From NCBI GenBank assembly GCA_002269645.1, contig NIVC01000982.1:16791-80790 (forward strand): a stretch of DNA of 64,000 bases, read 5' to 3'. Source of the DNA: Macrostomum lignano. Taxonomy: Eukaryota. How positions within the stretch are numbered: position 1 is the stretch's first letter; every line of letters starts with the position of its first letter. A program made the position numbers and the translations under genes. The notes beneath the pieces were generated by a model that was not told where the DNA came from, searched no databases, and saw nothing but the letters and a program-made list of their open reading frames with translations. Positions 44,936 to 57,640 of this stretch are shown piece by piece.

Positions 44936-46689
44936 TCACATAACCGTACAGCAGGCCTTCTTAGCACCGCTGGAGTCCTCTCTAGTACTGCTGCTTTTAC
45001 TCTGCTTTTTAGCTGCCAGCTTTCTGCTCTGCTGAGTCTTCTTGGCGTCGGCTACGCTGACCGCCTCGGCGATGTACGGCGCGGCGGCGTTCAGCGTGGC
45101 CGAGCAGACCTGAACTTCAACCATGTCAGCCGGAGCCGCAACCGGCGAGGCCAGACTGCTGCTGTCCAGCTGAGAACCTGGCCGCCGGCTACTGTCAGTA
45201 GGCAGCAGAGGGCTGTGACCGTTGGCTTTGCTAGCTGGCGAGGGCGCCGGTGCCGCCTCTTGGACTTCGCCAGCGTCCTCGTCCGCCTCGTCGTCGACAA
45301 TGATGGCGGTGGTCACCTGGACAAGTGCATGCAGGCACGAGTGGAAGTTGATGAGAAATTAAGCACACTAAAAGTACATTAAAAAGTAACTGTTTGATAA
45401 ACAACTAAAAATTTGCAGTGGCCAGCGTTGTGGACTGAAACACGTTTTCAGGTTTTTTAGTCAAATCGATCGGGGTCAAAGTTGGGGACAAGGGATCGGG
45501 ATCTAAAGAGGAAATTCACGGGATCGGGATCTAAGGAGGGAATTCACGGGATCAGGATCTAAGGGGGGAATTCAGGGGATCGTGATCTAAGGAGGGAATT
45601 CAGGGGATCAGGATCTAAGGGGGGAATTCAGGGGATCGGGATTTAGGGAGGGGATTCAGGGGATCGGGATCTAAGGAGGGAATTCAGGGGATCGGGATTT
45701 AGGGAGGGGATCAGGATCTTGGGAGGGGAATCTAGGGAGCTGGATCTAAGGAGGGGATTCAGGGGATCGGGATCTAAGGGGGGAATTCAGGGGATCGGTA
45801 TTTAGGGAGGGGATTCAGGGGATCGGGATCTAAGGAGGGAATTCAGGGGATCGGGATTTAGGGAGGGGATCAGGATCTTGGGAGGGGAATCTAGGGAGCT
45901 GGATCTAAGGAGGGGATTCACGGGATCGGGATCTAAGGAGGGGAGGGGATTCAGGGATCAGGATCTTGGGAGGGGAATCTAGGGATCTGGATCTAAGGAG
46001 GAGAGTCAGGGGATCGGGATCTAAGGAGGGAATTTAAGTGATTGGGATCTAAGGCGTGGATTCACGGGATCGGGATCTAAGGAGGGAATTCAGGGGATCG
46101 GGATCTAGAGAGGCGAATCAGGGGATCGGGATTCAGGGAAGGAATTCAGGGGATCGGGATTTAGGGAAGGAATTCGAGGGATTGGGATCTAAGGAGGGAG
46201 GGGATCGGGATTTAAGGAGAGGATCCTGTAAGCCTAATAAATATGCAGGTTTCAACTAAAAAACTTGGGACACAATTTGGGAAATTGCAGCCAAGTTTCC
46301 GCCAAAAGAAAGCTAGCTTGCCTGAAATTCTTTTCAGGAGTGATCAGAAATGCAGTCATTACCTGGGTATCTGGCGAGACAATGCACACTGTGTCCTCAT
46401 TGATTCGCACGTGACCCTTGGAGTTGCGCCTCGGCTGCTGCTCGACCTGATCCCCGGTGGGGGTGAGCGCAGCCGACACACTATTATTGATGTCGGCGCC
46501 TCCGTCGACGCTCGAGTCGGCCAGAGTGGAGTCTGGCTTGTCGTTGGTCCCGCCAGCCAGTTGGATAGAATTGCGGGACACGTGCGAGCCGCGCAGAATG
46601 GAATCGGCCTCGCGGTCCAGCTGGCTTCCAGGCCGGAACGGATTGTCCCTATCGGATTCTTCCTCTTCCACTCTGGTTAGCTTGGTCAT
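44936..46689 (-). CDS. Uncharacterised disordered protein with an NPF motif and C-terminal CCaaX; complement(join(44936-45316,46363-46689)), 235 aa
   Basis: Two GC-rich open exons joined in phase 0 (CAG|GTAATG ... TTGTCCAG|GTG); begins MTKLTRVEEEESDRDNPFRPG and ends KKACCTVM*. Confidence 0.78.
45490..46230. repeat. About 27-bp G-rich minisatellite (intron of the CCaaX gene)
   Basis: Unit GGGATCGGGATCTAAGGAGGGAATTCA. Confidence 0.9.
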
Positions 46690-46814
46690 TGCTGCTGGTT
46701 GCTATGGCAACTGCAGAAGTGTAGATAAGCTAAACAACCTTATACTGATGCACTGGCCAGCATAGATGGCCATTAAAATAAATACGGTCAGCATCTCTCG
46801 CCCAGCATAAGAGT

Positions 46815-47105
46815 AGGGATTGAAGCCTAGAGGTTAGAGTGTCGGAATCACGACTTGAAGGTCGGCGGTTCGAGTCCTGATCCCAATGGAACAAATTGTA
46901 GCCTTGAGCAAGACACTTAAGTCTGTATTGCTTCCAGTTCACCCTGCTGTAAAATGGGTGCCAGCATTAGCTGGGGTAATTGAGGGTGTTTGGGCGACCC
47001 CCCCCCCAGTCCTTGGACCGAACAGCCGTACGCAGCCTTCAGAAGATGCACTGCGCAATAACTGCGGCTGAGCTGTCGACTAGGCAGGTGTAATCAATTA
47101 TTATT
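46815..47105 (+). mobile_element. tRNA-derived CORE-type SINE
   Basis: TAGAGGTTAGAGT A-box-like, GGTTCGAGTCC B-box (46867-46877), CCTTGAGCAAGACACTTAAGTC..CTGTAAAATGGG, tail TCAATTATTATT. Confidence 0.8.
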
Positions 47106-49077
47106 AAGTAGCCTACTGGGCCTTTCCTAAGCTTCCTAAGTGCTTACAAGTCTTGCTTACTGGCATCAACTTTGCTAAAGAAATTTTACAAAATCTTCGA
47201 AGAAATAAGAGATATTTTTGTTATAAAAGTTACTAAACGAGTGTAGTTTCATATGAAGTTACAGAGTACTGTGCTTTCACAAGACTTAATTTTCACATCG
47301 TCAAAGTTTTTAGCCTCTGATGAGACATTTACAGTGGAAAATCTAGCTCTAATTTTTGTGTCTCGTGAAGCAAACTAGGCTATACTAGAACAATGTTTCA
47401 GAGGCCATATAGAAGATTGGAATAAAAAAACTCTAAAGCCCTGGGGACAGCGCGGCATGAGACCACAAAAATATGGGGCAATGGTGGCGCCACCGCTGAG
47501 AATAGCTGAATATGTTGAATAGCAAAGGACGTGTGGCCAGTGGTCACTGGCCAGCTAAGCTGCACCGTAGCTGCCTCACTGCACACATCAATTAACAAGG
47601 CAAAGGCATTCGGTGGGGTATTTTCTCTCATTCTTTATTGCAATTGTCCGTCTGTCTGCGACTCAGCAACTAAACTGCAGCCTCCATTGTTCGCTTTAAA
47701 ACCTTAACTGACCTTTGCTAAGGCAGTCCTATATGGTTTAAAAATGCTTAGAGAAAATTGCTTAGTGGTGGCACAAGCGAACAATTAAGGATATAAGAGA
47801 AGGGCGGCATAATTTGGTTTACTAGTAGGCACACACAGCAGATATAGATATGAATAAATTTGCAAAAGAGGTAACACTTTATTCAGTTGCATTATGGTAG
47901 GGTGGGTAGCTAGCACAGAAAAAATTGGCGCCTTAGCCATCACTATTATCAATTCTTTTTTCTTTAAAACCAACAGAATGAAAAGAAAATTCATACTTTT
48001 AGTTAAACTACTCTAAGTAATAAACGAAAATACCAATTAAAAAGAGTGATGATTTAATAATAATGAGAATAAGCTTTTTTAATCAATTTGTTTTTATCGA
48101 GTCTTGCTAACAACACAGCAAAAATAATGAGTGTTTCAGCCATTAATACTACCATATTAAAATGACAAAAATTAAAAGAAATAGACTTGCTAATAAAGCT
48201 ACTATAATTAGTAAATAAAATCTATTACTATTTAAAAATTATGATCTGATAATAAACATATAATCCAACAGAAGCTTTGTTAATCAACTATTTTCATTAC
48301 TTTTAAACTCTCAATCATACTACATATGCAGTTGGAACAAATCTAATAAAACTGCAAGACATAAATGATTATATGGTATAACTACCATTAAGGTACTTCA
48401 AAATATAGCCCTACTTTGACCAAAGGATGGTTTTCTAGCTAGTAGTCTAATGCAATTCTGAAATTGTTTGATATACTAATGCATCAAAGCTCATATATAT
48501 AACCAAAAGAGAAGGTTAGCTTTCTCATGCATTTTAATATGTTTAAAATTAGATCTAGTCCAGTATATTTATAGCCAAAAACAAGAGGATACTATAGTAT
48601 ATTCTAGAATAGGAATTTTGAAAACAATTTATATGCTATATCTATGCCTTAACCTTATTGCTAACTCTATATAAAAAATCACCATTACTGTAGCCCTATA
48701 TTAACTATAATAGCAAGGTTGGCCAAATATAATTTTAATCAATAGGCACTATGATTATGCATCAAATATTCTAAGAACTCCTTGTATAAATCATATTCTT
48801 CCATAGAAAAAAGCCTATGAGTTTTAGGCCTAAAGCAAGATTTCATTTTTAGTATATAGGATTAGGTCTATGGACTTATTGGAATATTTTATAGTTTTTT
48901 AATATTTATAGTTTTATAGCTTTAAATTTTGAAACTATATGCTAGGGTTTTACTTTTGTCTATAATTATCTCACTGATGCTACCAAATTGTGTTAGGTCT
49001 ACATGTATACATTTATTTCTAAGAATCAACTGTAAGATGCATTTTAATACATTTCTGATAGCATTACCAATTATTCT

Positions 49078-50400
49078 GTAAGGAATACTCTAAAAGTTTT
49101 GCAATTCAACCACTTGCACATGCACAAGTTGCATAATCTTTAAAATCTACCCTCTGTACATTAAACATGTACATAGTAATTACATCTATTTTCAAGTAAA
49201 TTCATATATACACACCTATAAAGCCCCTAGTCAAAGTCAGTGACTTCTTAACTATGCAGCTACAGCCATGGAATTGAATCCTGAGCAGAATCAGATACTG
49301 ATTTGGTGTTGCCACAAGCAAAAACTCACAATGCTTGAGACTTATGCCAAGTTATTAATAACATTGGATGCTTAAGCACTATCATATGCTATAGTTACAC
49401 ACTGGTATCCCAAGTTGCAGACTGGCAAGACCAGCTTTTCTAACAACCCTTGACCTAGGAGACCTCTGACAGCAGTGAGAGAGGAAATCATTGCTATAGA
49501 GCAGGAGCTGACCCATCAAGATTGATGAATCACCATAGACATGTTAGCTATGAATGTTGGCATTGGATCAGCAGTGGTTGATACAATTCTATACAATCAC
49601 CTGAGAGTTAAGAAGCTTTGTGCCTGATAGATACCCCACTTCCTGACAGATGCTCAGAAATAAGCCCAGCCCATATGGAGTTCTGCCAGTTTCTGATCAA
49701 TCAATATGAAAATGGGAGCCATAAGTTCCATTTTGAAGTTATCACTGGCAATAAGACATTTCTGTATCATTTTGACATTGAAAGAAAATGCAGCAATATA
49801 GAGTGGATACTTAAAGGTGGGCAACAACCCCTGAAAGCAAGGTGGTCCTAGTCCTAAGGCAAGTGGATATTTGCCATCTTCTTTAACTTACAAGGCATTG
49901 TAGTAATGGTGAAACTAGAGGGTCAAGCTACTGTCACTACTCAATGGTACACTAAAGAATGCTTGCCAGTTGTGGTTGATAGCCTGACCTAGAGGGCACC
50001 AAGGATGGGAATGCAAGAGTGGAAGCTTCACCACGACAATGCCCCTGCTTACATGGCTATTGCAACTTCAAGAGTATTCCTAGACCAAGAGGGCATTGCA
50101 ATGCTACCACACTCATCTTATTTACCAGACCTTGCCCCTGTGACTTTTGGCTCTTTCTGAAATCAAAAATTTGCTTAGGGGATGCAAGTTTCAGTCTAAG
50201 AAGGAGCTGGAGTAGGCAGCAAAGGAGGTGATTGATGGCATCCTAATTGAAGAGTTCTAGGGCCTCATGAACAAGTGGATTGGATAAGTGCACAAATGTT
50301 TGCAGTTCTAAGGAGCCTATTTTGAAGGACTATAATAGAGAAATTTGACAGAAGTAACTTTAACTAGTCAACTTGCAAAACTTTTGGAATATCTCTCATA
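49078..50400 (+). mobile_element. Degenerate mariner-family DNA transposon, about 1.3 kb
   Basis: Decayed motifs CA**IPH (WVPH), ITGNKT (ITGDET), HHDNAPAY, YLPDLAPCDFWLF (YSPDLAP); degenerate TIRs sharing AAAAGTTTTGCAA at about 49092 and reverse-complemented at about 50374. Confidence 0.88.
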
Positions 50401-51578
50401 GTAGCATTCTAATGTATTCTAGCCTGAGTGGTCCCACTATCATGTACTAGCTTACAATCTAGGCATTACACCATAGCTCTACTCTTTATAACCCTTTTGC
50501 ATTACTTTCCCACTTGCTTTCATTGCAAATCACTTCAAACCTTTTTTAGACTTCTTTGTAAGTAACAATAGTTCTAATCTCTAAGTATATATAGATTGAA
50601 TTACTCAAGAATAAGCTTACAAAACAAGTCAGTTCATTTGTTATTAACTTGCTCCTATAATCATTTTCCTATATTTTTATAACAAAAACTAATTTCAAAT
50701 TATTTGTATTAGAAAATAAATAGGGAACTTAGTTTTGGTATTTTGTAAAATTTCAACTTCTATATTATGAATAAAATATCAGTGCATCTCAACTGTTTAT
50801 GGGACATATTATATACTAATACTAATCCTATACTTTGACACTAAGAGTTTAATTGCACATTAAAGAAGGTATCTATACTTTTCAATGTCTGCTTTTTGGT
50901 AACCTAGCATTTCGGTACCTTAGTTTGCTTGTTGTTGTTAGTGCTTAAATCTATATACTAATCTGAAAAGTTTCTTTTATAATCTAGAATTAGATATAAA
51001 AAAATTGAAAGTAAGCCCTGATCTTACAATAAATCTTTTGTAGTATTTTTACCTTAAATAACTAAATAGTATTCATTTTGTTGAGCTGATATGCTTTACA
51101 AATTTGAAAATTCTCTTTATTTAAATACATTTTGGTACAAAAAATGTCTTTTTATTACTTTTATATTTCTATATTTATTTTTTGTTTTCATGTTTTTGTG
51201 ATAGCTTTAAACAAGGATTATATTTATATGAATTTAAATTTGGATTGTTGAATTACTATGCAAGTTGAATAGGCACTTATGATAATTTTATAATCTCATC
51301 TTTTAGTCATTTTTTATACTAGAATAGGCCATAAAAAATCAATACTAAAATATTTGTCACATTTATAATTTTGATTGGAATTACATTTAGCATCAGTGAT
51401 TAATAGATTTTATCTTGACCTAAGTCTTCCTAGCACATGTTTGATATAGCCTTGTATACAGCTTATGTAATTTAATTAAACAATTTTTTTAATTAAAAAA
51501 GCATCTAGCAGTTTAACAAAATGAATATAATACTTTTGTTTTAATCCAATCTATTTTTGTCCCTATCCTTTAGTATTA

Positions 51579-52250
51579 TCTCTACATATAAAAATCAAAA
51601 CTCTGTCTGTCTGTCTGTCTGTCTGTCTGTGGACAATTTTGATCGCTATGGACTCCCAAACCGCTCAACCAAATGACACCAAACTTTACACCCACCCTAA
51701 ACTTACTACGGAGAATGTCTTAGGCTACCTTTAAATTTCCTAGACTCAAGTCTTCCTACCTAAAAGTACAAAGAACTGCTCAAAATACGCGATTTTGTCA
51801 CTAAATCCTTCATAGCGCCGCTCCACTTCTACCGATTATCTTCAAATTTGACACAGACAATCTTCAACTATTTTGGCACAATTATGTAAAATTTCGAGTC
51901 TCAAAGTTAATCCTGAGCGGTGCTGTGCACTTTTAAAATTTGGCTGTTTTTTCAGCGTAGCAACCACCCCAACCTCTGACCGCCTGCCTCTCTTTCCCGA
52001 TCTGGGCCCAGATGTGTAAAAGGGGTTTCAAAATTGACTAACTTTCAACTGCCATAACTTTGCTCCACGTAAAGCGATTGACTTCAAAATTGACACAATT
52101 CTTCATCGACTCATTCTCTATCTAAATGTTTCAACTCTGTAACTCAACCGAAAAAGAAACTGTAAGCATGTGAAGTTTGTCTGCTTTTTCTGTTGTTTGT
52201 GGCGCTCAACTCACTCATTCCCCCAGCCCAGACGAAGGGTCAGGCGATAG
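51579..52250 (+). mobile_element. Non-autonomous Helitron-like element; 3' end uncertain
   Basis: A|TCTCTACATATAAAAATC start, (TCTG)n, then CCGCTCAACC..ACCAAACTT; same layout as the element at 9741. Confidence 0.45.
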
Positions 52251-52724
52251 GGCTCAATGTACATAGCGAATGTACAGTGTTTTGGAATAAATTTTTTATG
52301 GCCTTCTCTGCACCCCGCGCGTGGAGAGGCAACGTTTGACAGTTTAGCGAGAGATTCAAGCCACTGTCCTTTGTATAGACAAGTCTGCAGCAGTTTAACA
52401 GTGGATGGATGGCAAATCAAGGTGATGTGGGATGGTTTGTAAAAATAGCGAGAAATTAATAAATAACTGATTGCAATGCAATCCTACTAAAAGTTACACC
52501 ACGAAAATTTTAACATTAAGATTCGCATAAAGTACTTCAAAATTTAAATGGTTCCTAAGAAATGCGCATTTCCTTGGTTGTTAGACTGCTGCAGAATGGT
52601 GATGGAGCTGGAGATACACAAATTCCTCTCAGGGCTGCAAATTGGCCAGAAAGATGACGTGATTAAAGCATGAGAAATGATAACAACCATGATAGTACTA
52701 CGTCCCGCAAACTGGCTTTCGAAG

Positions 52725-53647
52725 CAGGGATCGGCAGATTTTTACCTGAAAGGTAAAATCCAGCTTTTTATCCAGCTCATGGCTGCGGGCCAGATGAGAG
52801 TGAAAAGGAGAAGGAATAGACTATTAGAAAGAGAGGAGGGGCGAGAGGGGGGTAAGAAAAAAGATAGACGATAATAAGAGAGACGAGGGGTAAGGAGAGA
52901 GCAGACAGCAGAGTATATGGGAGGAAGAAGCAAGAGGAGGGGAGAGAGGAGGGAAAGGAAATAGTAAAGGTGAGAAGAGGGAGAGAGAAGAGGGGAGAGA
53001 TGAGACAGAGGATCGATGGGAGAGGAGAGTAGAGAAGAGTGAGAAGAGAGTAGAGATGAGAGATGAAGGAAGAGAGAGCAGAGTGCAGAGAGACGGGAGA
53101 AGAGAATAGAGGGGAGAGAGTATACAAGAGGGGAAAGAGAAGAGTACACAGGAGAGAGGAGAGTAGAGATGACAGAAGGGAAAGGGGGATGAGAGAGCAA
53201 AGGTGAGAGTGAACAGACGATATATGAGAGAAGAGAGGAGAGTGGAGAGAGAAGAGAGAAGACAAGAGAGGGAGAGAGTATAGAAGAGGGAAGAGAAGAG
53301 AAGAGAAGAAAGGAGAAAGAAAAGAGAGGGGGAAAAAAGAGGGGAAAAAGAAGAGTACAGAGGAGAGAGGTGAGAGAACACACGAGTATAAGAGAGTAAT
53401 GAGAGATGAGAGAGGGGAGATAAGAGAGCAGAAACAAGAGTGAACAGACGAGAGATGGGAGAGTAGAGAGAAAAGAGGAGAGGTGAGACAAAGGGAGAGA
53501 GAAGTGAGTGAGGAAGAGGAGGGGAGGAGAGGGAGAGAATCGAGAGGACAGGGAAAGAGGGGAAAGGATGAGAGAGAGAGGAAAGAGGGGAAAGGATGAG
53601 AGAGGAGAAGACAGATGAGACAGGAGAGAGCAGAGAGCAGAGAGCAG

Positions 53648-53727
<80 letters not shown>

Positions 53728-54037
53728 CAAGCAGAGAGTAATGGGAAGAGATAAGAGAGAAAAGAGGTGAGGAAAGAGATGAGAGGAGAGAGTGGAGAGA
53801 GGAGAGGAGAGAGTTGAGAGAAGAGATGAGAAAGGGGAGAGGAGTAGATGAAGGAAGTGTTGAAAGGGTAGAGTAAGGAGTGAGAAGAGAAGAGAAGTAA
53901 GAGACAAGAGACGAGAGAGAAGAGAGGAAACAGAAGAGAAGATAGAAATTTCAAAGGATCCAAGGGGCATAGGGAGACAGAGAGGCAGATGCAGAGGCAG
54001 AGGCCAGCCAGACTGCCAGAGTTTGCCTGGCATTCTG
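52725..54037 (+). mobile_element. hAT-type MITE-like element with about 1.15 kb GA-rich interior, including (GA)n at about 53650-53722
   Basis: Left end CAGGGATCGGCAGATTTTTT...GCGGGCCAGATG and degenerate right end GAGTTTGCCTGGCATTCTG resemble hAT/Charlie-type termini; no TSD found. Confidence 0.55.
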
Positions 54038-55208
54038 CGCAGCACCCTAGCCAACAATATCAATGTTTGCCTCAAATCCTAATTTTACACAAATGTGTAC
54101 TCTATTTTATGTTTAACTCTTTCGTAACTATTAACAAGTTTTTGTTTGAGTTAGACCTCAGATTTTAGAATACATGCAAAAATAGTTCCGGGGATTGAAA
54201 TTCCCCGGGTTCAAAATCCGCGGGTTTCAACAGCTTGTAAGATATATAAATAACAAATACTTATATAGATTAAAAAATAAAATTTAAGCACTTTATTGAA
54301 AGAAAAATATATTAATAAACATTGGTAAAAATGGGGGGCAAGTACCATTGATGCTCCTCCTTACCTTAAAAGTAGGAGCCATGACCCCCTTGCCCCCTCC
54401 TCATTCTAATGCATATAGAGTAAGTGGGTACCCTTTCTTTTTGTGGCTAGCAATGATGGTACCCTCTCCCTCTGCCCTAAAAAAGGTCTTCACTGCCCTT
54501 TGTAGTTTGCTCAATATAATGCCTTTAAGGATACCTTCTAGTGTAATTTAGTACCCCCTAGTATATTATGACAAATCCTCTAATATATATTATAGCACTT
54601 CTCTAATGTACAAACTATATTAATGAGGCCCCTACTCATTTTTAAAATCTACCCCTTTATTTTATAATTCTAAATGCCTTTGGATTGTATATATATTATA
54701 TATATATATGATTAAGGGCCTAGGCCTATTATATATTATTATAATTATTATATTATAACCATTATATGAGGTATCAACTTAGGAGTCAAGACAAAACTTT
54801 TAGCAACCTACTATTAAAAATTGACTTTTGCTTTTGGCAAATTTATTTAGGCCTATTCTAAGATGGAATTCTTGTATTTAGCATGTCCAATGTTCCAATT
54901 TATGACTTTTGGAATAAAGGTTGGACAATATTAAATTTTTAGATTTTTGAGACTCAAGCTCTATACTTTCAAGATATTCAAGATTTGATGGAGATTCAAG
55001 ATTAAGCCTTAATGCTTTGTGAACTACATTAAATTTTAAATAATGTTAAACTAAAACTAAATATTATAACTAAATATAAATTGTGCAATACTTAGTATTT
55101 TTACCTTTATGATTAAGACTAGCAGTATCACTGTTTTGTAAACTACAAAATCTAAAAAAAAACTATAAAAATAGGCATTTTATACTTTTGCCATTTTGGT
55201 GTAATTTT

Positions 55209-57040
55209 TGTGAGCTATTGAGCTCTTAGCCATAAAAGAATTTACTTTGTGGCTGTTTCTATGGTTACAAACTCATTCCATTTGATACAGACCACGACAT
55301 TGAGAAGCATAAGCTATGCTGGTAAGTGGTATAAAATAAAAGGTTCCAAACACCTCGCTTATAGAGTGAGCAAATTTTATAGAAAGTAGCAAGCCAAGGG
55401 CTACTCATAAAAGTTGTCTTTGAATTTGTTATCATTCTTTGGCCAAAACCTAACACTAGCAACAAGGATAGGATATGACTACTCTATAGAGTGCAAATGA
55501 TCTAAGGAGATACCAGTGGCGGATGCTCTATCTTGTCTCAAGACTAGCACCACATAGCAAGAGCAATTCGACGTCAGCTCTATACAAGAATGCATTGTAG
55601 CAATACTGATCAACAAGAACTGACTAAGGTGGCAATCCAAGGGTGATAGGGAAACAAGAAAGCTTTTTGGTTTAGTAAAGCATGGTTGGAAAATACCTAT
55701 ATTGGAAAAACTTCAGCAGTACTACCCATATTGGAACAAGCTGGTGATTGAAGATTGACTACTTTACCAAGGAAGTCGCTTGTTAGTACCAAGTCAAGAG
55801 CGACAAGTGGTTCTACAGCTGCTTCATGATGGTCACATTGGGCCTGACAAGATGAAGTTGATAGCTGGGCAGTGTGTCTGGTGGCCAACAATTGATTGCG
55901 ACATCGTTGAGTTCTATAAGCAATGCTTTTCATGCCAACAAGACAAAGACCACGGCATCACTCAACAGTGGACCTCTTGGCCAGATGAGACTGAAAGGTG
56001 GGCATGAGTCCATGTTGACTACACCAGACCTCTACCCAGAGGCAACTACCTTCTAGTGATGATAGACGCCTATAGCAAGTGGGCCAAGGTTCATGTCACC
56101 AGGAGTACTTCAAGCACAGAAACAATCAAGCAACTACGGTGGTCATTCACCCAGGAGGGAGTACCAGCGACTATCGTGTCGGACAATGGACCTCAGTTCA
56201 TTTCTGCGGAGATGGAGGGCTGGCTGAAAGGAATTCAGTGCCACCACATGCTTGCCCCTCTATACTACCCAAGATCAAATGGACTGGCTGAGAGATTTGT
56301 GCGCAATTTGAAAAACCATGTAAGAGCTTCTAGTGAGACTGATCTTCAAATGTGCATTGACCAATATCTCTTGCAGTACAGAAATGCGAAGCACATAACT
56401 ACGGGAAAATCTCCTGCAGAGTTAATATGTGGTCATTTATTATAGACTCCTGCACTTGCGCTGTCTTGGGAGCCCATGTGGGTGAAGACGTACAACAATG
56501 AGACAGCAAAATGGAGAGAGGGAGAGATCATTTCCCGCAAAGGCAACATGGTCGTCGACGTAGAGTTTAGTGATAGACGACAATGCCAATGCCACCTGGA
56601 GCAGGTGAAGCCAAGGGTGACGGAGGACCCAACACTGGCAGCAGATGTTTCAGCTCCAATTGACAAAGACCTGGAGCCCCAAGACATTGAAGCACCAAAG
56701 GTTTGACAGAATCAGCAAGCTAGACGAACACCTGACAGACTGGAATACCAATTTCTAGGTGTACCTACGTAAACTCTATCAACTGTGGAGGAGTGTGAGC
56801 TATCGAGCTCTTAGCTATAAATGAATTTACTTTGTGGCTATGTCTATGGTTACAAACTTGTTCTGTTTGATACAGACCAGGACATCGAGAAGCATAAGCT
56901 ATGCTAGTAAGCAGTATAAAATAAAAGGTTCCAAACACCTCGCTTAAAGAGCGAGTGAACCTTATAGAAAGTAGCAAGCCAAGGGCTGCTCATAAAAGTT
57001 GTCTTTGAATATGTTATCATTCTTTGGCCAAAACCTAATA
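55209..57040 (+). mobile_element. Internally deleted Ty3/Gypsy LTR retrotransposon: LTRs 55209-55455 and 56794-57040, integrase relic only
   Basis: 247-bp direct repeats TG...CA/TA; 5-bp TSD ATTTT; decayed PBS TAGCAACAAGG; PPT GGAGGAG; integrase HHCC (HDGHIG..CFSC), VHVDY, IVSDNGPQF, SNGLAERFV with in-frame stops. Confidence 0.93.
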
Positions 57041-57559
57041 ATTTTGACATTGTAATATATTTTACCTATATAACTTTAGCCAACACATTTTCAAACATAT
57101 TCTTGGACACTTTTTATAGGACTTAAAAATAAAATGTTGCAAAAAGTATCATATAGTTAATTTTTGCCAACATATCTTCTAATACTTAAAATGTTTCTTA
57201 GAGCTAGGTCTATACATGCAGCTCATACTATTCATGTAAGCTTTACGTGAATATATATATTTTTTTGTTAAGGTACTGTAGCAGATCATTTGTATTACAT
57301 GTCATTTAATTGTATCAATTGATATATACATATGTATATGTAGGAGCTATCATTTTATTTTGACTACATATAGGGCCTATACAGTATGTATTATATATGA
57401 AAGTCATGTTCAGTGTTAAATGTAGTAATTTGTATTTTGTATTAATTTGACTACAATAAATCTTCTATCTAAATAAACTAAATCTCTAAGGTTTATATGT
57501 TTGTCTATAACACTCTAGAGATTGCAATTCTTGACTAATTTTGATCGTGTTTTTGCTAA

Positions 57560-57640
57560 TCCTATATCCTAAAAATGAGTTGTCTGTATGTATGTATATA
57601 GGTATGCGATTGATTAGAAAAAAAACAGCTCTATATATTT
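57560..57640 (+). mobile_element. Truncated 5' end of the 9741 Helitron-like family
   Basis: ATCCTATATCCTAAAAATGAGTTGTCTGTATGTATGT..GGTATGCGAT matches 9740-9792. Confidence 0.55.

Noticed and set aside
46815-46890. tRNA gene candidates (A/B boxes here and at about 35860 and 63840)
   Set aside because: No convincing cloverleaf, and each continues into the same SINE body.
52742-54075. Leu/Ser-rich 250-430-aa minus-strand ORFs and an apparent micro-exon (AG|CCATG-SWIKSWILPFR|GT at about 52746-52782)
   Set aside because: Low-complexity CT tract. The micro-exon lies in a transposon end whose 24-bp motif recurs at 40605, so it is not gene-specific.
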